Positions 58,170 through 64,000 of a stretch of DNA of 64,000 bases are shown piece by piece; the stretch's first letter is position 1, and every line of letters starts with the position of its first letter. The translations under genes and the position numbers were made by a program. A model generated the notes under the pieces. That model saw only the letters and a list, made by a program, of their open reading frames with translations. It was not told the DNA's origin and searched no databases. The DNA lies in NCBI RefSeq assembly GCF_009914755.1, contig NC_060947.1; one strand, given 5' to 3'. Source of the stretch: the human T2T-CHM13v2.0 reference genome, Homo sapiens.

Positions 58170-58454
58170 GACGTGATTCTGAATACTGTCTCTTTCTAGC
58201 AATAAGTATTATTTATCCTAGATACCTGAAAAGAAAGTCCCATTCATTTCATTAAGAGATATATTTAAATAAAAATTTCCTTTTCACAAGTAATAATTAT
58301 TTTTAAAAAACTTTAAATATACTTGTTTTGATCACTGTGTATAATAATCATAATAATTCTAATAGTGCTTTATGGTAAAAATCAAGTATAAATCAATTTC
58401 AATTTATAAAGCATATTTTTGTTACAGAGAAGTCACATAGGGTGAGAATTTTAA

Positions 58455-58789
<335 letters not shown>

Positions 58790-59109
58790 AAGAATGTATT
58801 ACCTTAAGATAAAATTATCTGAGGAAAGTGGACTAGAAATACAGATTCAAGGAGTAAAATGTTAAATGTTTAAAAAAGATCTTCATGTATTTTAAAATAA
58901 AATAATGGTGGGTAAAAATGACTTTGCTATTTAGATTCCATTGAATACCTTTAAAAGAGTGAAGTAATTGCATTTCAAATGCTGATATTTACAACAGATT
59001 GGAAATAAACATCTTTGCAACCATTTATGCTTATAATTTTAAAATTGCATGATGAAAGCGTTTAAGGGGACACAGTTATTAAAAGACCAGGGAGTGCTAA
59101 GAATGGCAT

Positions 59110-59525
59110 AATATCACTTCTCTGATATTCCTCTCAAAAAACGTGTAACCTCAATCTAATCATGAAAAAAAAAAAACATAAAACAAATCTAAATTGAGGG
59201 ACATTTTACAAAGTAGCTGACCAGGATCTTAGAAAGTGTCAAAGCCACAAAAGACAAAGACTGAAGAACTGTCAAATTGAAGGAGGCTAATGAGACATGA
59301 CAACGCAATGCCAGGTGGGATCCTAGATTGGCTTCTGGAACAGAAAAAATACATTAGTGGAAAGACCGGGAAAATGTGAATAAACTATGGTTTAGTCAAT
59401 ATTATTGTGCCATTGTTAATTTCCTAGTTTTGATCTGGAAACTGTGCTATGGTTAACTCAGTTAACATTAGAGAAAGCTGGATGAAGGGTGTTTAGGAAC
59501 TATCTATCTGCACTGATTTTTTTTC
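59110..59525 (+). mobile_element. L1MC-like 3' UTR fragment
   Basis: 'aacctcaatctaatcatga...aaattgagggacattttacaaa...tgggatcctagattgg'. Confidence 0.8.
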
Positions 59526-59867
59526 CAAACTCCTCCACCAGTTCCCTCACTGCGTGCCAACATGATAAGGCCCTCAGAATCCTCTTGCATGAAATAGCGA
59601 CAAGCCAGGTGCATTTTTCTTTCTGTGGGTCTGCATTGTGCACTGAGAGGATGCTCACATCTTCCTCAAGTGCACATGTTCAATTTCTTTTCTTTTTCAA
59701 AAGGGTGTTTTCCCTGATTACAAAAGCAATATAAACTTCTTAGAGAAATTCTGGAAAACAAAGATAACTACAAAAAAGAAATTAAAAATGCCTGCAATTG
59801 CACCACCACAATGAGTATGTTGGGCTATTTCCTCCCAGTCTTTTTCCATGCATATATACATGATTTA

Positions 59868-60224
<357 letters not shown>

Positions 60225-60239
60225 TCACACCATATTTTT

Positions 60240-60380
60240 ACCTTTCTGAGCCCCAGTTTCCTCAGCTGAAAAATAGGATTATAAAGTTGTTGTGAGGATT
60301 AAGTAGATTAATATTTGTGAAGTTCTTAGAATAATACCTGGTCCGCAGTAAGCTCTTAATAAATGTAAGCTATTATCATG
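60240..60380 (+). mobile_element. MIR 3' half
   Basis: 'ctgagccccagtttcctcagctgaaaaat...gttgtgaggattaa'. Confidence 0.8.
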
Positions 60381-60576
60381 AATGTCACTGTCACCCAGAT
60401 TCCTTCTGGATGACCAACCATTTTTATATGGCCTGTGGGTCTTAGTTTAGTGTCATGGCTGTTCCCTCACTTCCCGTCCCCTCCCCTTACCCCCTCTCTT
60501 CACTGGAGTTTAGAACTTGCCCCAGGTTATATAGTGGGAGAGCTAGGCTTCCAACCTAGGTGGTCTGTGTAGGGAA

Positions 60577-60760
60577 GTAGTTCTCCAGCTTGAGCACGCA
60601 TTGCAGTCACCTGGAGAGCTTGTTAAAACACAGCTGACTGGGGCCTATCTCTAGTTTCTGATTCAGTAGGTCTAGAATGGGGCCCAAGAATTTGCATTTT
60701 TAACAAGTTCCCCGTGACACTGAGACTGCTGGTACCTGAACTACACTTTGAACATCACTG
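60577..60760. mobile_element. MER5A
   Basis: 'cacctggagagcttgttaaaacacag...ctgattcagtaggtct...tttgcatttttaacaagttccc...cactttgaacatcactg'. Confidence 0.9.
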
Positions 60761-60888
60761 ATATATAGATTCTGCACTCTTAACTGCCTTACTATACTAT
60801 CTAGGTCATTCCCCTGTGAAATCCTTTGTTGACTCCCTCATAACCTTCAAGATAAAGCACAGATGCCTCCTTAAAACATGCAGGGCAT

Positions 60889-61221
<333 letters not shown>

Positions 61222-61718
61222 TTAAATTTCTAATCTAATCTCCTTTGGAACCCTCCATACACCCTATGTCCATCCTCCAAAGCTATTTTTCCGTCTTAGA
61301 ATGTATCAGAATATACCAGAAGCTCCTTCTGGCTTCTGTTCCTTCTCACTAGGATGTTTGCACCCTCACACACTCCTTTGGCCAATGATGCTTGACAAAT
61401 TTATTGTGCTTTAAGGTTAGAGATTCATCTCAAGCATTACCTCCTGCTAGAAGCCTTATAAATTCTATTTCCTACCCCTACTCGAAGCTGGAGTGAGGGG
61501 TCTCCTTGCAGATCCAGCTCCCTGGCCTTCCCTCAGTCACACTTCTGCTCTCACACTACTGTAATTTTCTGTACATTACTTTCCCTTATAATCGGGACCT
61601 GTTTTATTCATCTCAGTATTTCTAATGCCTGACACTTGGTACATAATTGTTGAATGAATGTATAAGGTTGATGCTTAAGGAATATTTCAAGAACAAAATA
61701 ACAATATTAAAAACTTCC

Positions 61719-62043
<325 letters not shown>

Positions 62044-62769
62044 TCAGGAAGGGCAAACTACCCGTTGCTCTAAGCCTGCCCCAGTGTCACAGAATTTATT
62101 GACCATATTTTATCCCATTACCTACCTCCCTTTCCCCCTTTCTCTCCCTCCTCTTTACCCCCATCCAGTGCTGGAGACACTCTGCCCATGCTCCTCAGGC
62201 TACCTTACCAGTCCTTCTGGCCCAGTCTCTGATTACCTCCCAATTTCCTAAGGCTTCCTCCTTTGCTCGGAGAGAGAGCCTCACATAGGCACCCCTGTCT
62301 CTGGTAACACCACAGGACCTAGACAACTCCGGTTAGCAGGGGTGTGCTCCCCCTCCCTCAAAAGTAGGGAGGCTTGCAAATAGAAGGAAAGGGCTAGTGG
62401 CATCTCTCTCAAGTGACATGGATTTCCATTCTCCTTCTGGATTGTGGCTTATTTCACTAAAAAGGGAGCCTTTAACGCCTCTTAGAAGAGTGGAATGCGT
62501 TCTTCTCTCATGCCATGTAAATCTCTCATTTTTTTCTCATTCTGACATAAAGGCAGATAATGAATGCTGATTTGCCTTGTAATTTATGAGTTATTTGAAT
62601 AAAGGTTGCTCCATGAAGATCTAAGAGGCATCAAGACAAGCTTCATATTTATATCTTGCTTCTCTTAATGCCTGGCTTTAAGTTTCATCAAAAGAGTTGT
62701 GGGGCAGCCAAAGCAAACAGTAGGGGGAGTTATACTTTGCAAATTGTAGCTATGAGATAGGACTGGCCA

Positions 62770-64000
62770 ACTCTGGTAGAAGTTCAAACAGAATATGTCA
62801 CTAAACAAATAACTACTACAACAAGCAGCAACAACAACAAACGCTCAGGAGGACAGAGAATCTGATTTCCAGGATGCCACCTTATAATATTCAAAATGCC
62901 CAGTTTTCAACAAAAAATGTATGGGATCTGCAAAGAAATAGCCCATACAAAGGAAAAGAAAACAATCAATAGAAACTGTCCCTGAGGAAGGCCTGACGTT
63001 GGACTTTTTACACAAAGATTTAAATCAGCTATTTCAAATAGGTTCAAAGAGTGAAAGGAAACCATGTCTAAAGAACTACAATATGAGAGTGATATCTCAA
63101 TAAACAGAAAATATAAATAGAAATTATTTTAAAACAACCAAATAGAAATTTTTGAATTAAAAATATAATAACTAAAATGAAAAATTCACTAAAGATGTTC
63201 AATGGCGGATTTGAATGGGGAGAAGAAAGAATCAGCAAATTTGAAGATACTTATATTATCCAGCGTGAGAAACAGAAAGAAAAACGAATGAAGAAAAATG
63301 TCAGAGCCTCAGACACCTGTGGGACACCATCCAGCATAACAACGTACACTTAATGGGAGTTTCAGAAGGAGAGGAAAGGAAGAAAGGAGTATAAAGAATG
63401 TTTGAAGAAATAATAGGCAGAATCTCCCCAAATTTGATGAAAAACATTAACCTACACATCCAAAAAGCACCACCAACTCCAAGTAGGATAAACTCAAAAA
63501 TGTCCATATCTAGATACATCGTAATCAAACTGTGACAAGCCAAAGGCAAAGAGAATCTCATAAGCAGCAAGAGGGAAGTGACTCATCACATACAAAAGAC
63601 CCCCAATAAAATTAACAGTTGATTTCTCATCAGAAACCATGAAGACCAGAAGCCAGTGTGATGACATATTCAAAGTGCTGAAAGGCAAACAACTGTCAAC
63701 CAAAAATTCTATCCCCAACCAAACTGTTGTTTAAAATAAAGGAGAAATGAAGGCATTCCCAGCTAGATAAAAAGTGAGAGTTTGTTGCTAGGATATCTTC
63801 ACTACAAGAAATGATAAAGGGAATCTCTCAGGCTGAAATGACGGGACACCAGATAGTAGTTTGAATCCACAGGAAGAAAGAAAAGAACACCAGTAAATTT
63901 AATATTTAAAGGTAAATGTTAAAGATTTTAAGGTATTTTGTAACTCCCTTTTTTCCTATCTGATTGAAAAGACAATTGCATAAATCAATAATCATAAATC
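62770..64000 (+). mobile_element. Old L1M 5'/ORF1 region, running to the window edge
   Basis: 'cagagcctcagacacctgtgggacaccatc', 'gatttctcatcagaaaccatg...gatgacatattcaaagtgctgaaag'. Confidence 0.88.

Overview
Primate (human-like) genomic DNA, apparently intergenic or deep-intronic. A large part of the window is interspersed repeat: about 24 Alu/FLAM copies, several L1s (L1PA, L1PB-like, L1MB, L1MD/MC, L1ME), L2, MIR, CR1/L3, ERVL/MaLR solo LTRs (LTR16, MSTA, MLT1C, MSTD-like) and DNA-transposon fossils (MER5A, MER20, MER30, MER53, Tigger-like). I recognise no protein-coding exon; the supplied ORFs are Alu-, L1- or low-complexity-derived or look like chance ORFs. A few well-formed splice-site pairs suggest possible non-coding exons, mainly on the minus strand. 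I see no evidence for a new multi-gene system. The most unusual signal visible directly in the sequence is a cluster of short, locally templated insertions in the nested L1 block at 38.4-43.5 kb: a fold-back hairpin with ~52-bp arms, a 28-bp inverted copy from 0.65 kb away, a ~30-bp Alu-junction copy inside an L1PA, and a 119-bp L1 copy moved 1 kb. These resemble template-switch or polymerase-theta repair scars. Subfamily names and boundaries were assigned by eye from remembered consensus sequences and are approximate.
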